This document shows positions 18,380 through 29,132 of a DNA stretch of 32,000 bases, one piece after another (position 1 is the first letter of the stretch; each line of letters opens with the position of its first letter). The translations under genes and the position numbers were made by a program. The DNA is from Mycobacterium leprae TN (lineage in GTDB: Bacteria; Actinomycetota; Actinomycetes; Mycobacteriales; Mycobacteriaceae). The stretch is from assembly GCF_000195855.1 (NCBI RefSeq), contig NC_002677.1, positions 3,120,001 to 3,152,000 of the forward strand, given 5' to 3'. The notes beneath the pieces are model-generated. The model saw nothing but the letters and a program-made list of their open reading frames with translations, was not told the DNA's origin and did not search any database.

Positions 18380-18920
18380 CAGATCCTCGTGGAACGCTAC
18401 GGCGATATTTTGCGGACAAGATGTCGCCGTAGCGTCATAACGCATTTTCCACCTACTATTGCGCCGCCCTGCTAGAGGCGCTTGCCATTGCACAGCTGTA
18501 CCCGTCGGTGACCGGTATCGTGTTGAGCGGCAACGGCCTATCGTTCTGCAGCGCCGGCAATCTAGCAGAATTCGGCACTTTGACTGCCGCAGCGAGCTCA
18601 CACGTGGCGCGCACCAGCCACAGCCCAGCCCTGATTCTCGATGTGCTGGGCAGGGGCTGGGAGATGACTGAGTTCTGGTATAGATTGAAGCGTTGTACAA
18701 TTTGATTATTTTCTTACCGAAAATTGGTCTGTGGTTCTGCTGTCCGGCTCCGGCATATGCATCTGGATAGTGCACCGGCTTCCGGTCGCGATGGCCTCGA
18801 CAACGCCCTCGCCAACGTATCTATAGTGATGATGATTACCCACTGCTTGGTGTTATTTGGGAGCCAGCTGCGCTTCAGCATAGCGTTCTTGACTATACAG
18901 CCTTGGAGATGTTAGGAGAA
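18380..18920 (+). pseudogene. Enoyl-CoA hydratase/isomerase (crotonase-fold) pseudogene
   Basis: QILVERYGDIL lies in one frame. ADKMSP*RHNAFSTYYCAALLEALAIAQLYPSVTGIVLSGNGLSFCSAGNLAEFG lies in another, carries an in-frame TAG, and matches the crotonase pattern NAl...L..al....vvltG.G.aFcaGaDl.ef. The downstream part is unreadable. Confidence 0.6.
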
Positions 18921-19271
18921 TACACGATCGACACAATCCCAAACAGAAGGCGACACAAGACTGTGCACACAATCGCCCAGACGAGGTAGTTATCCGGCTG
19001 CTGTTAGCTTTGCCGGTTTCCTTGTGACCTCAGCAACCGGGGTTACTGTCTTTGCCGCTCTAGGTTGTTAAGCGGGCCAATTTGAGAAACCAGGATCAGG
19101 AGATAGCCTATTACTCATAGTGACTTCCTTTCCTCCACTGTGATAGGCTAACTGTTGGTGTCAGGTTTCCTGCACCGAAGTTAGGCAAACATACAGCACC
19201 GGTCAGTTGCTAGCGTCGATTTCACAAATTCCTTTGTAAGCACACTCAATTCTGTATCTTCAAAGATTTGC

Positions 19272-20210
19272 TCAGATTCCTCCCCAGGATATCAACTGTC
19301 TGGTTATCACATTGTGCTGGATTGCATTGGGGCCTTCTCCGAAGATCATCAGTGGCGCGGCCCGGACTTAGCGTTCGACATCGTATTCGCATGAATAGCT
19401 ATAACCAACACGGATGTGTACCGCGTTCAGGGCGCCATCCATCGCCGCTTCGGAAGTGATATAGCTTGGCCATGCCGGCGGCCATATCGCAGCACTCGCT
19501 GATGTCATAACGTTCGGCGGCATAGCGAGTGAGGTGACGGACGGCGGTGAGTTCGGTAACTATATCGGTCAGGTGGTTATCGACGGTCGGTTGCTGTCAA
19601 AGCTTCTGGCCGAAAATTTCCCGTAATCTGAGCATAGGCCAGTGCGTCTTCGAGCGCAGTAGTCGCTATGCTTGAGAGCTCAAGCAGCCACTCGGATTCG
19701 GGCCTTCTCCAGCCCCTTTATCTTCTGCGAAAAACTTTCACCCATGCGGTCGTTCAAGACCGCCGGTATCAGTACCGCCAATTTGTCGAGCGTTAGCTCG
19801 CAGGACTCCACGTCTTGTCGCTGAACTTGGGTAGGTCGCGTACCATCGTCAGAATAGGACAGTGCACCTACAACAGAATCAACATACCCATGTGGCGCGG
19901 CGTGCACCTGTTGTTAGATTTCATACGGCAATGCGATATAGTCCGGATACGGCGTGCGTTGCTGATCCAAATTTTGAGCATTTTTGATCAGCAAGCTTCC
20001 GGAGCCATCGGGTAGCGCCGTTGTCGACATAGTCTACAAATAAAAGCCGACGCCTGGCTCGGTTAGCTCCATGGTGGTCCGTAGCGCGAGGTAGGAGTTG
20101 CCGTGCTTTAACCTCACGCACGATTGGTTTTGACATCGCAATTGATGAATACCCGCACGGGGGCTACCAGCTTTTCTTCCTTGGTGTTGCGTTCAACATA
20201 TCTAATTCGT
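19272..20210 (-). pseudogene. Acyl-CoA dehydrogenase (fadE3-like by position), frameshifted
   Basis: Reverse-strand pieces lie in different frames: MELTEPGVGFYL*TMSTTALPDGSGSLLIKNAQ (the aLTEPgaGSD...ta..dg..y.lnG.K motif), SIATTALEDALAYAQITG, then REIFGQKL*QQPTVDNHLTDIVTELTAVRHLTRYAAERYD...AAGMAKLY, and MDGALNAVHIRVGYSYSCEYDVER*VRAAPLMIFGEGPNAIQHNVITRQL. It is divergent from the Rv0216-like gene, as fadE3 is in H37Rv. Confidence 0.7.
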
Positions 20211-20260
20211 GTCGACCTCCGGATTGATCCCGGATCGACAATCTGCCAGCATGTGGCGTT

Positions 20261-21280
20261 GTGACTGCTAACGGGCACGCAGGCCGACGTGAAGGCGGCC
20301 CCTACTTCGACGATCTCTCAATTGGTCAAGTGTTTGATTGGGCGCCGGCGGTGACCTTGACGTCAGGGATGGCTGCTGTTCATCAGGCGATTTTGGGCGA
20401 CCGGATGCGCCTGGCTCTGGATGCCGAGCTATCCACCACGGTGATAGGCACACACGCTATGCTGGCACATCCAGGACTGGTTTGCGATGTGGCGATTGGG
20501 CAATCTACGCTGGTCACCCAGCGGGTGAAAGCCAACCTGTTCTATCGCGGGCTCACATTTCACCGCTTTCCGGTCATCGGCGACACCCTATATACCAGCA
20601 CCGAAGTAGTTGGTTTGCAGGCTAATTCGGCGAAACCTGGCCGGCCGCCGACAGGAATGGCGGCGCTGCGAATCACCACAACCGACCAGCACGATCGGTT
20701 GGTGCTTGACTTCTACCGCTGTGCCATGCTGCCCGCCAGTGCGGCTTGGCATCCCCACGACGCACTGAACCGCAACGATGACCTGGCCAACGTCGGAGCC
20801 GACGCCGTAGCGTCGGCCTCCGATCCAACCGGGCAGTGGGACGCCGCGGCTTTCCGGGAACGGGTGCCCGGTCCGCATTTCGACGCCGGTATAACTGGTG
20901 CGGTGTTGCGCAGCACCGGCGACATCGTGAGCAGTGCACCGGATCTGGCTAGACTTACTTTAAATATTGCTTCTACACACCATGATTCGCGAGTAAGGGG
21001 GCTCCGGCTGGTATATGGTGGACACACCATTGGTCTGGCGCTGGCCCAGGCCGGCCGGATGTTGCCCAATCTGGCCACGGTGTTAAACTGGAGGTCTTGC
21101 GACCATACCGGACCTGTCCATGAGGGGGATACCCTTTACAGTGAACTGCATGTCGAGTCCGCCGAGGCGACAGAGCAGGGTGGCGTGTTGGGGTTGCGAT
21201 CGTTGGTTTACGCGGTGTCTGCAGCGGGCGGGTCCGACCATCTGGTGCTGGATTGGCGTTTTACCGTTCTGCAGTTTTAA
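20261..21280 (+). CDS. Double-hotdog-fold (MaoC-like) hydratase, Rv0216-like
   Basis: 339-aa ORF with a GTG start. GPYFDDLSIGQVFDWAPAVTLTSGMAAVHQAILGDRMRLALDAELS resembles the remembered Rv0216 N-terminus. A second hotdog half (YGGHTIGLALAQA...GDTLYSELHVE) is present. Confidence 0.85.
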   Translation: MTANGHAGRREGGPYFDDLSIGQVFDWAPAVTLTSGMAAVHQAILGDRMRLALDAELSTTVIGTHAMLAHPGLVCDVAIGQSTLVTQRVKANLFYRGLTFHRFPVIGDTLYTSTEVVGLQANSAKPGRPPTGMAALRITTTDQHDRLVLDFYRCAMLPASAAWHPHDALNRNDDLANVGADAVASASDPTGQWDAAAFRERVPGPHFDAGITGAVLRSTGDIVSSAPDLARLTLNIASTHHDSRVRGLRLVYGGHTIGLALAQAGRMLPNLATVLNWRSCDHTGPVHEGDTLYSELHVESAEATEQGGVLGLRSLVYAVSAAGGSDHLVLDWRFTVLQF

Positions 21281-22130
21281 TTCGCTGCACGACGCTAACG
21301 CTGGGTTAGGCTTGGCGTCGTTAGCTGCCACAGCAGGCCAGTGAGCTAGCGACTGGTCAAGTAGTGGCTGGCCTATCTGGCAGGTATTCCTGACGAGCAA
21401 CCGGACTTCTTTCTTGTCAATGTTTTTGCTTGTCAATGTGTTTGGGTTATGCCGAATGTGTTGCCGCAGTCGTCGGCGACAGCGAGGGTGTCGGAAGCGA
21501 GGCGGCCACACTACTAACCGCCGGTTGGGCTGGACTACTTGGTTTGATCCGGACGTGGCCAACCGTCTATCGACGCTGCCTCCCAAACTTGGATGAGAAC
21601 CCGTCGACGTAATCGCTATGTTGCACTACTCAACACAGACAAAGTTCCCCTCACTTTTTGGTCAATGCTTCAACGTTGTGCCGCAACCTGTCTCGTATAC
21701 GTTGTCAACCACCTAAAAGGCTACAGTTGACATTCGTAGAAATGGCACTGGGTAAGGAAACGGCCGCCCCGTCGCGCATTCGCCGAATGTGGCTTCGGGC
21801 TCCGGCGCATGGGTTGGCTGGTCTGCTGGTGGCTGACCTGATCTCTATGTGGGAGGGCCTGCTGTGCGAGTATCTGCTGGCACGGGATTATGCCATCGCC
21901 GTCCAGGTCGAAAGCCCGTGTCGACCGGACGGAACTCCGTCTTCCTTCTTTGGCTGGATCAACAGTGAAAAGGTATTTAAAGACTGCATTTAGACCATCA
22001 AGGTAATGAGCTATGTATACTGCTGGAGGGTGCCGACCATCGTGATCGAAGTGTCCATGGCCGCGGTTGTCGTGACCTAAGCGGCGCTGATGACGACACC
22101 GTGTGGATGCATGTATCGAAAGGATTTTTA

Positions 22131-22313
22131 GCCTACTGGGTGGTCGATATCCGAGTTGGTACGGGGGCCGCCGAGGTAGGTCACAACTTTGCCGCTAGGC
22201 GAGATGATACCGTGTTCGACGTCGGCAGCTAAACTGTGCTTCCCGGCCTGAATGACCACCACATGCACCTACGCTCTGCAGCGCCCGTATTGGGACTCGC
22301 ATCGAGTAGGTAA
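22131..22313 (+). pseudogene. Metal-dependent amidohydrolase, N-terminal fragment
   Basis: AYWVVDIRVGTGAAEVGHNFAARRDDTVFDVGS*TVLPGLNDHHMHLRSAAPVLG fits the amidohydrolase start (v.i.dG.I..vg......viD..Gk.vlPGl.D.H.Hl) with an in-frame TAA. The rest of the gene is missing, because a FadD pseudogene on the other strand ends at 22512. Confidence 0.45.
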
Positions 22314-22511
22314 CGCCTGTTGTGGTTACCAAAAACCAACTAGCACACTCCTTGGCGAATTCCCTGCACGGGCCATAAAGATGTATTTAGCGCGGTAGAC
22401 TGTCACGAGTCGGTTTCCGGTGGTCTAGACCAGACCGTGTTATGTGCTTTATGCTCGACATTCCAGTGCGTGTGCAGCACCGCAGCGGTGCATTATCTGA
22501 ACTTTCATTTT

Positions 22512-23900
22512 CTAGCACTGTGTCAGGGAGGCATATTTGGGCACCTTCCCGGCTGGGTTGCGAAGCGGATTGGTAACGATCTCAAGCGCTGCGGGGTGTT
22601 TGTAGCGCGCGAGCCGATCAGGCAGGAACTCAAGTTAAGTTAGTCCTTGCTAGCCGCAAATGCTCATTCTTTACAGCCGCGGTCGGCACCTCGCTCCACT
22701 TTTCGTGAGCTCACCCGCTGGTGGAGACCTCGACGATGTCGGGATGGCCGGCGAGGATGTTCTCTGCCTCAAAGCAGTAGATGTTATCACCACCGGTGAT
22801 GCTCGTGTCCTTCTTGCTTGCTATCCACCTACCAGACGTAGCCATTTTCGTCCATTCAAACGAGGTCCTCGGTATGGAACCAGGGGCTAGCAAACACCTC
22901 CGAGGTAGCCGTCGAGTTGTTCCAAGTAACCGCTTATCCATGTCGGCGGCCGGTAAATTATTTCCACCACCTCAGCCAACAGCCACGTCGTTCATGTTCT
23001 CGTCGACCACCGCCCGGGCGACGGCCATACTAGATTACCGTCCTGACCGATCCGCGCTTACGGCTCCACGTCGTCGCCCAGCCGCAGGCAAGTGACCAGA
23101 GACATCTCGGCCGGACAGAATGCCGCCCTTCACCAGGGCTTCGGGGAAAGCTGTCGACGTTGACCACAGGGACGCCCAGCATGTTTGCCGGTGACAGCAA
23201 TGTGGAACAACGACCCACCACTGAAACCGATATCGCTGTTGATATTGGCGACGCTGGATATAAAACGATGTAATTGCGTGGCCAGCCAAGTTGATGTGCG
23301 TCAGCACGGCATCCTAAATGAAATTATCTGATGATATCCTATTAAGTGCACGTTATCTTTAGAGGATGTTATGCGCGATATTCACCGGTTCGGGTACATC
23401 ACCGGGCTCGTTGATGAACTCTTCCTAGCTGGACACGTGATCGTCAGAGGAGCCACCGGCAACGACGATCGTTACCGTTACTTAGTATGGGTTGGATGTC
23501 GGGCGGCGGTGACCACTTGCAACAGCACGGCTTCGGTGACTACACCTGTGCTTCGCACTCGTCAAACAGGGCGACGATCTAGGCTCAGAATGAGCCGGAA
23601 GTTCACCGGGATCGCAATGGACCCAAGTATGTTGGCGGCTAGCAACGACGCGAGGTTTGGCGGGCGGTTGAGGCATCAGGATCATCACCCGGTGTCCGAA
23701 CACGACGACGTACGCCACACCCATCAACACCTCATTGCGACGGCACCGCAGATCAACTTATGTAACCGTGGTGCCAGGAAACCTAAGCGCCGTCGCCTAT
23801 GGTAGTATCAACGCGTGGTCGCTCGAGGTGGTTAACTCAGTTCTGCCGCCGAACGCAATAGGGTGGCTCGATGGTCTGTGCGAGGTGGCCGGCATGTTGC
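22512..23900 (-). pseudogene. Acyl-CoA synthetase (FadD-family) pseudogene, near full length but multiply frameshifted
   Basis: Reverse-strand pieces lie in at least 3 frames: SLLAANILGSIAIPVNFRLILSLDRRPV* (about 23600), RWIASKKDTSITGGDNIYCFEAENILAGHPDIVEVSTSG*AHEKWSEVPTAAV (about 22700-22900) and LARYKHPAALEIVTNPLRNPAGKVPKYASLTQC* (stop at 22514-22512). The upper boundary is estimated from typical FadD length. Confidence 0.7.
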
Positions 23901-24571
23901 GTGGTAAGCCAGTACCTTACTCTTTGATCGTGCACTGCTTGTGGCAGTTGATATTTGCTAAAGCATTGTGTGGCTCGTACCCCACTAGGGCCTCGGTGGT
24001 CTCATTACAAACCCTAGATCAAGTTTCATCCGATCTTATGGCCGGCCCGGACAAGCCCTCGAAAATCCTGGCAGGTCACGTTAAAGCAACCCGATCTGCA
24101 TAGCCGACGGCTGTTGCCCCGGGCATAGTTGGCCAACGAAGTCGCAGGCCACTTAGCGAGGAAATCACCCGCCGACACTCATTCTGGCGTGACGATCATA
24201 AATTACATATACACCCCGCACAGTACCATCACATAACGCTAGGCATGTTCACGTAAAAATCTAGCCACGCACCACTCAGCACGGGTCATTTTAGTTAACC
24301 CAGTACAACGCTAAAACCCATGTTCTTCAACACCACTCGTATTCATTACCACTACTTAAGGAAAAGCACGTCTGCCGTTCATCGCGGCTGACAACAGTAA
24401 CCGGAAATCTGTGAGATAGGCTTCAGAAGTAAGCTACTTTGCCGAGGAGTTAGGCAGCGGTGGCTCTGATCATCGATGTCGAGGACCTGTGCAGTACGAA
24501 GCCGACGATTAGCTAAACCAGATACTAGACCGCTCTTGCATTTTCGTGCTAAGCCACGAACAGCTGAAGCC

Positions 24572-25042
24572 CTAGTTGGCGGCCAACTGCTCTGCACGCA
24601 GCTTGAGGTTCTCAGCGAGGTTGTCAAGCACGTTGTTTAGGAGCGCTTTCACCATTGGCGCAGGCACCGGCATGCTGGACTCGACATCGATGTCCACCGT
24701 CAACAAACTGGCTGCCCCGATCTCCACCGCGCTGAACAGTTGCTCCTGCTTGGTAAATAAGTCACCTTGCTGCATGATGGTTTGGATCTGGTTCGTAGCC
24801 GGGTAGTACACAGCTTGTATATAAGTACACTTCGTGCCTTGAATCTCGGTGTCGAGACGAAGCTGGCTGGGACGCCCATCGTCGTAGCGGGCGAGCACCC
24901 AAACACCCTTGACCCCATCATTCCACTGGGGGTAGGCCTCGAAGTCGGTGACAATGGCCATGATCGATGCGGCGGTAGCCCTGACCTCAACGGTCTTGCT
25001 CATAACTGGCATCGGCGAAGCATAACCGGGTACGCTCCCCAA
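24572..25042 (-). CDS. SRPBCC/START-fold protein, TB18.5 (Rv0164)-like
   Basis: 156-aa ORF. MPVMSKTVEVRATAASIMAIVTDFEAYPQWNDGVKGVWVLARYDDGRPSQLRLDT...LLNNVLDNLAENLKLRAEQLAAN is nearly colinear with the remembered Rv0164. Confidence 0.85.
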   Translation of the reverse strand: MGSVPGYASPMPVMSKTVEVRATAASIMAIVTDFEAYPQWNDGVKGVWVLARYDDGRPSQLRLDTEIQGTKCTYIQAVYYPATNQIQTIMQQGDLFTKQEQLFSAVEIGAASLLTVDIDVESSMPVPAPMVKALLNNVLDNLAENLKLRAEQLAAN

Positions 25043-27694
25043 TGACGGCCGAGTCCTGTGGTAAACGTCGAAAACTACTTCCTAGGCGGATATTTCAGTC
25101 GCTATCGCGGTGAGAATCGAACCAATGCCGTAGCCAGTAGTGACCGGATTGCGTCCGGAATCGGGATCGGTTTACGGCCGGTCTGAGTGACATGCCGTAA
25201 TCGACGCTACGGGGATAAAGCGGTTCTATCGGACGTTTGCACCTGGTGCTGGGTTCGACTGCCGTGTAGTGGTGAGCGGATCTGACGGGCGATAACCGGA
25301 CTGGGAAGCTTGGGCGGACCCACGCTGCCAGGGCGGTGAATCGTTGGGTTCCGGGCTGTGGCCCCTTTGGAGACCCTCCGGTGACTCTCCCGGTACAGAC
25401 GTTGCGCGATGTAGACCGGCACGCTCGACCGAACCATCCCCAATCAGGTCGTCGGCCGCGTTGAAGGCCCTCGATTCGTTCGGTGACGTCACCCCGACAC
25501 TGGTGTTGATCGCGGTATCGAACAGCTGGGGTAATAGACAGCATTTGTTGAGATAGCCGAACAGCAGTTCTGGTAGCAGTACGCCGTCGGTGAGCAAGCG
25601 AAGTGGCCCGTACAGGTCTGTGAGTACGACAGCGAGCAGGCGTGAGTGTGTCCGGTGCCGACGTCACCTAAGGCGCATGAATGTATGCCAACACGTTGCG
25701 ACGTCGATAGTCGATATGGGGTCAGCCCAGCCAACGTTGGTCACTAAAGCTATCCGGTTGATCACTTCGGTGACAAATGGCAGCTTGGGAATATCGGAAG
25801 TCGTGATGTCTCTGCGGGCGCGGAGTTGATCATTAGCACAAGTCCTGCACCACCGGTCTTGCTGAGCAAGAAATCAGATACCCCGAGTTGAATCCAGCGC
25901 GCCCAAAACAGTTTCCGGTGGGCTGATCGTCGGGAATGTGGTCCACCAACGTAGGCAGCCACATTGACGTCAAACCAAGCCCCACCACGCACTACAGGCT
26001 ACAGCCTCGGCTTCATGATGGTGCTCTGCCCGGCGGCAATCGCCGCGGACCATCAGGCCAGAAGAACCCGGGCCACCGACGTGGGTATTGATGATGACCT
26101 ATCCGCTAGCGCCTCCTGAAAGGCGATCATAATCCGCTTCATGTCGAGCGGTGTGCTAATCATGCTTTCGAAGACCTTGGTGTTAAACACCCAGTCCCCC
26201 ACTAGGCAATGCTGAACCATCGGGAAGATAAGGCACTGCAAGCTTGCCGGCTAGCGCGGAACCGGGCAGGTCGGCGAAGCTGCTGTTGCGCAGTGCGACG
26301 ATCTCGAACAACACATACTCACCCACGATCTCCCAGACAGCCACCAGTGGTGCCACTGCTCAACCGCGGCATGTAAATCATATAGCCATCCGGCACATAG
26401 GCCCAACGCATTACTGGCTCGGAGGCAACCGCTAGCGTCTGGATGGTAAACAGCGGACCGCCATTGAGTGCCTAGGTAAGGGTTGACAGAACTTGACCAG
26501 GGGTAAAATTCCAATAGTGGAGCGGGGCGATCCCCGCCTTGTGAGAATAGCGCCCCTGTGACCCGGGTTCTCAAAGTGAGCGAATTGACGCAGCCGGATC
26601 GGAGTCGAGAATCCCTACAGCTGTGTGGTGGGGCAAGCTGGTAGCGGACCCGTTACGACCGGCTCGATGAGCTAGTCATCAACGACACAGAAAGACCGCA
26701 ACGTGGGCAACAACACCCGCAAATGGGCGATCTCCGTCTTGGACGAGATCGCCAACAACATGGCTATTTTCGATCCTCGAGGTTAACAGCGATATTGACG
26801 GCGTGCAGCATCAACCCCACCACAGTTCAACGTCCGCTCCAGGCCTTCACCCCCAAGCTACTCACGATTACCACCAACAAGACCGCCGCAAGACCAAGGC
26901 CCGGAGCAAGCTCTCCACCAACACACGCATCGCTAAAAGGCAACAGGGGGAGTCCGTGATGCTTAAAGCAGCAGCGACGCATTAACACCAAGACCATAGC
27001 GCGTAACACTTTTGCCGTGTTTAGTAAATTCCCGAACTGATGGTCCGTCACCGGGATGTCGTTAACCGCCGCTGAGGTTTACACTCGGAGGCGGTCGAAC
27101 GATCCAACGGTCACGCAATTCGGCAATAGCTTAGTAAAGGATAGGATTCGGAGCTTGCCGGCCCGAGCGATAAAACTAGCCGAGATCGATAACTCGACGT
27201 GATAGCGGATTATGGCCACCGCCAAGGTACTCAGCCACAACGGCAAAACCAAGCTGGGACTATCCGACATAGCTGGCCAGCCCGAAGTGTCACTAGCGAC
27301 ACTTTCCCCTAACTGCTTCGCATCCAAAAATCGCGTTGCTCTCGCCATTCACTCACTATGAGTGACAGGTCTTCGAAAGTGGCTAAGGCAACCGCAGGAC
27401 TCAAGAGCGCCGGCAGACTCAACGCCGCGGTACGATTCATTGTCGATTATCAGCATTCTTATTCGGGGGTGAAGGGTAGATGTCGAGCCCAAGCACGTTA
27501 TCGCATAAGTTTCTCGTGTGAATCCGCAAATGCGGAAAACTCTAACGGCGGCTGCCCAGGCGACCCAACGACGCGGTAAAATCGGCGACGGTAATCCGGA
27601 TCGAGGCACCATACTACGTGGTCCGAAGCGACTACACGGATTCATTTCTAGCGGCGCTGCGCCCTGTGGTTAGAATCAAGCGGCTCCGGACCGA

Positions 27695-29044
27695 TTAATC
27701 GAACAAAACCGCAGCATTGAGGTAGCCGGTAGGATCCAACGCCGCTTTGATCGTCCGCATAGCAGCGATATCGGCCGGATCCCGCGACATCCTAAGATAG
27801 GCACGCTTGTTACTACCTACGCCGTGTTCCGAGCTTACATTGCCGCCGGCTTGCGCTATGAGTTCCATCATCGCTGCGGTCAACGTCTTCTCGCGATCGG
27901 GTGGACAGCGTAAAACGTTGAGGTGCAGATTGCCCTCACCGACGTGACCGAACAGCACGGGCAGCGCTTCCTGAACATCCGATACTTGCGCGTCGATCAA
28001 AGTTGCTGCTTCCTTTGCGAATCCACTAATCGCCGATAGAGGCAACGAAACGTCAAATTTCAGCGGCGGCCCATAAACGCCGAGCACCTCCGCCAACGAT
28101 TCGCGCACGCGCCATAACCGCTGCTGTGCCCCGGCATCCACACCCACCGCGGGAACGCCACACATCTGCACGGCCATGGACAGTTCAGCGAGTCGATTGG
28201 TCTGGTCGTGGTCAGCGGCCAGTTCCACCAGTAACAGCCAGTCGCCATCAACCGGGGAGCTCACCCCTAGGTGCTCGCGGATCAGCGAACTGGCACGGCC
28301 GTCGATCAATTCCAGTGCAGCAATCCCATACACGTCCCTAAAAGCCCGGCTGGCATCGACCAGCGCACCGAGGTCGGAGAACCCGCAGACCGCCGTCACC
28401 CGGTGCGCCGGGGCCGGGTGGAGTCGCAGATCCAACGCAGTGATGACACCGAGGGTGCCTTCGGCGCCGACAAACAGGGCCGGCAAGTTATAGCCGGTGT
28501 TGTCGAAGCGCGCCAGACTGTGCCTACACAGCAGCGAACCGTCGGGCAGTGCCACCTCTAGGCCGATGACTTGCTCGCCCATGTTGCCGTAGCGAACGGT
28601 GCGTAGGCCGCCGGCGTTCGTTGAGGCCATTCCGCCTACGGTCGCGGTGGCGCGGGCGCACAGGTCCACGCCGAACACCAAACCGGCTGCGGTAGCGGCA
28701 TTTTGCACCGCAGTCAAGGTTGCTCCGGCACCGACCCGGAGACGGCGCTCGACGGTGTCTACCTCACTGATGGACCGTAGCCGCTCGGTGGACAACAGCA
28801 CGTCATTGTGCTCCGGGACGGTACCGGCCACCAATGAGGTCCGACCGCCTTGAACGGTGACGTGTGCCCCGACATCGCGGCAGACCCGCAGTACCTCAGT
28901 CACCTGCTCGGCCGTACCCGGCCTCACCAACGCCCTGGCCTGGCCCCGATACCGACCTGTGTGATCAATGCTGTGGGCGATCAGTACATCGGGATCCGCA
29001 ATTACGTGGCTCGATCCCACCACGGCCGCAAGGCTGCGCAGCAT
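27695..29044 (-). CDS. FAD-linked oxidase (GlcD / D-lactate dehydrogenase family), Rv0161-like
   Basis: 449-aa ORF, the same length as Rv0161. It has an FAD_binding_4-type N-terminal half (VTVQGGRTSLVAGTVP, GATLTAVQNAATAAGL) and a C-terminal cap ending HGVGSNKRAYL. Confidence 0.88.
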   Translation of the reverse strand: MLRSLAAVVGSSHVIADPDVLIAHSIDHTGRYRGQARALVRPGTAEQVTEVLRVCRDVGAHVTVQGGRTSLVAGTVPEHNDVLLSTERLRSISEVDTVERRLRVGAGATLTAVQNAATAAGLVFGVDLCARATATVGGMASTNAGGLRTVRYGNMGEQVIGLEVALPDGSLLCRHSLARFDNTGYNLPALFVGAEGTLGVITALDLRLHPAPAHRVTAVCGFSDLGALVDASRAFRDVYGIAALELIDGRASSLIREHLGVSSPVDGDWLLLVELAADHDQTNRLAELSMAVQMCGVPAVGVDAGAQQRLWRVRESLAEVLGVYGPPLKFDVSLPLSAISGFAKEAATLIDAQVSDVQEALPVLFGHVGEGNLHLNVLRCPPDREKTLTAAMMELIAQAGGNVSSEHGVGSNKRAYLRMSRDPADIAAMRTIKAALDPTGYLNAAVLFD

Positions 29045-29132
29045 GTTTGCGGTTATATCACCCGCGGACCGCTGCGTCGTGCAGGTCGACCGGCAATCCT
29101 GTGGAGGGATCTCTATAGGCGTTCACTAAGTT

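Noticed and set aside
21283-21340. Possible terminator after the Rv0216-like gene (gacgctaacgc ... gcgtcgttagc)
   Set aside because: Only a 7-bp stem (gctaacg/cgttagc) with an 18-nt loop actually pairs, and there is no T-tract.
21083-21586. 167-aa ORF on the minus strand overlapping the 3' end of the Rv0216-like gene
   Set aside because: It overlaps a confidently called gene by about 200 nt. It is Arg/Pro-rich with no motif and is likely spurious.
24180-24380. G-poor, A/C-rich, low-GC stretch on the plus strand; a similar skew occurs at about 26800-26950
   Set aside because: The compositional oddity is real, but I can attach no structure, repeat or coding signal to it. It sits in decayed DNA and cannot be interpreted without searches.
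25105-25135. tRNA-like T-arm string (ggtgagaatcgaaccaatgcc)
   Set aside because: The flanking 5-mers are not complementary, so no T-stem forms, and no acceptor or anticodon arms can be drawn. It is not a tRNA or a recognisable tRNA remnant.
25095-25667. 190-aa ORF on the minus strand, the longest ORF in the unassigned block
   Set aside because: It is extremely Arg/Thr/Ser/Pro-rich with no family signature. Overlapping ORFs in two other frames of the same strand suggest that none is a maintained coding frame.
27349-27365. 17-bp palindrome TCACTCA-cta-TGAGTGA
   Set aside because: It is a single short palindrome in gene-less DNA with no adjacent intact gene to regulate, so a chance occurrence is plausible.
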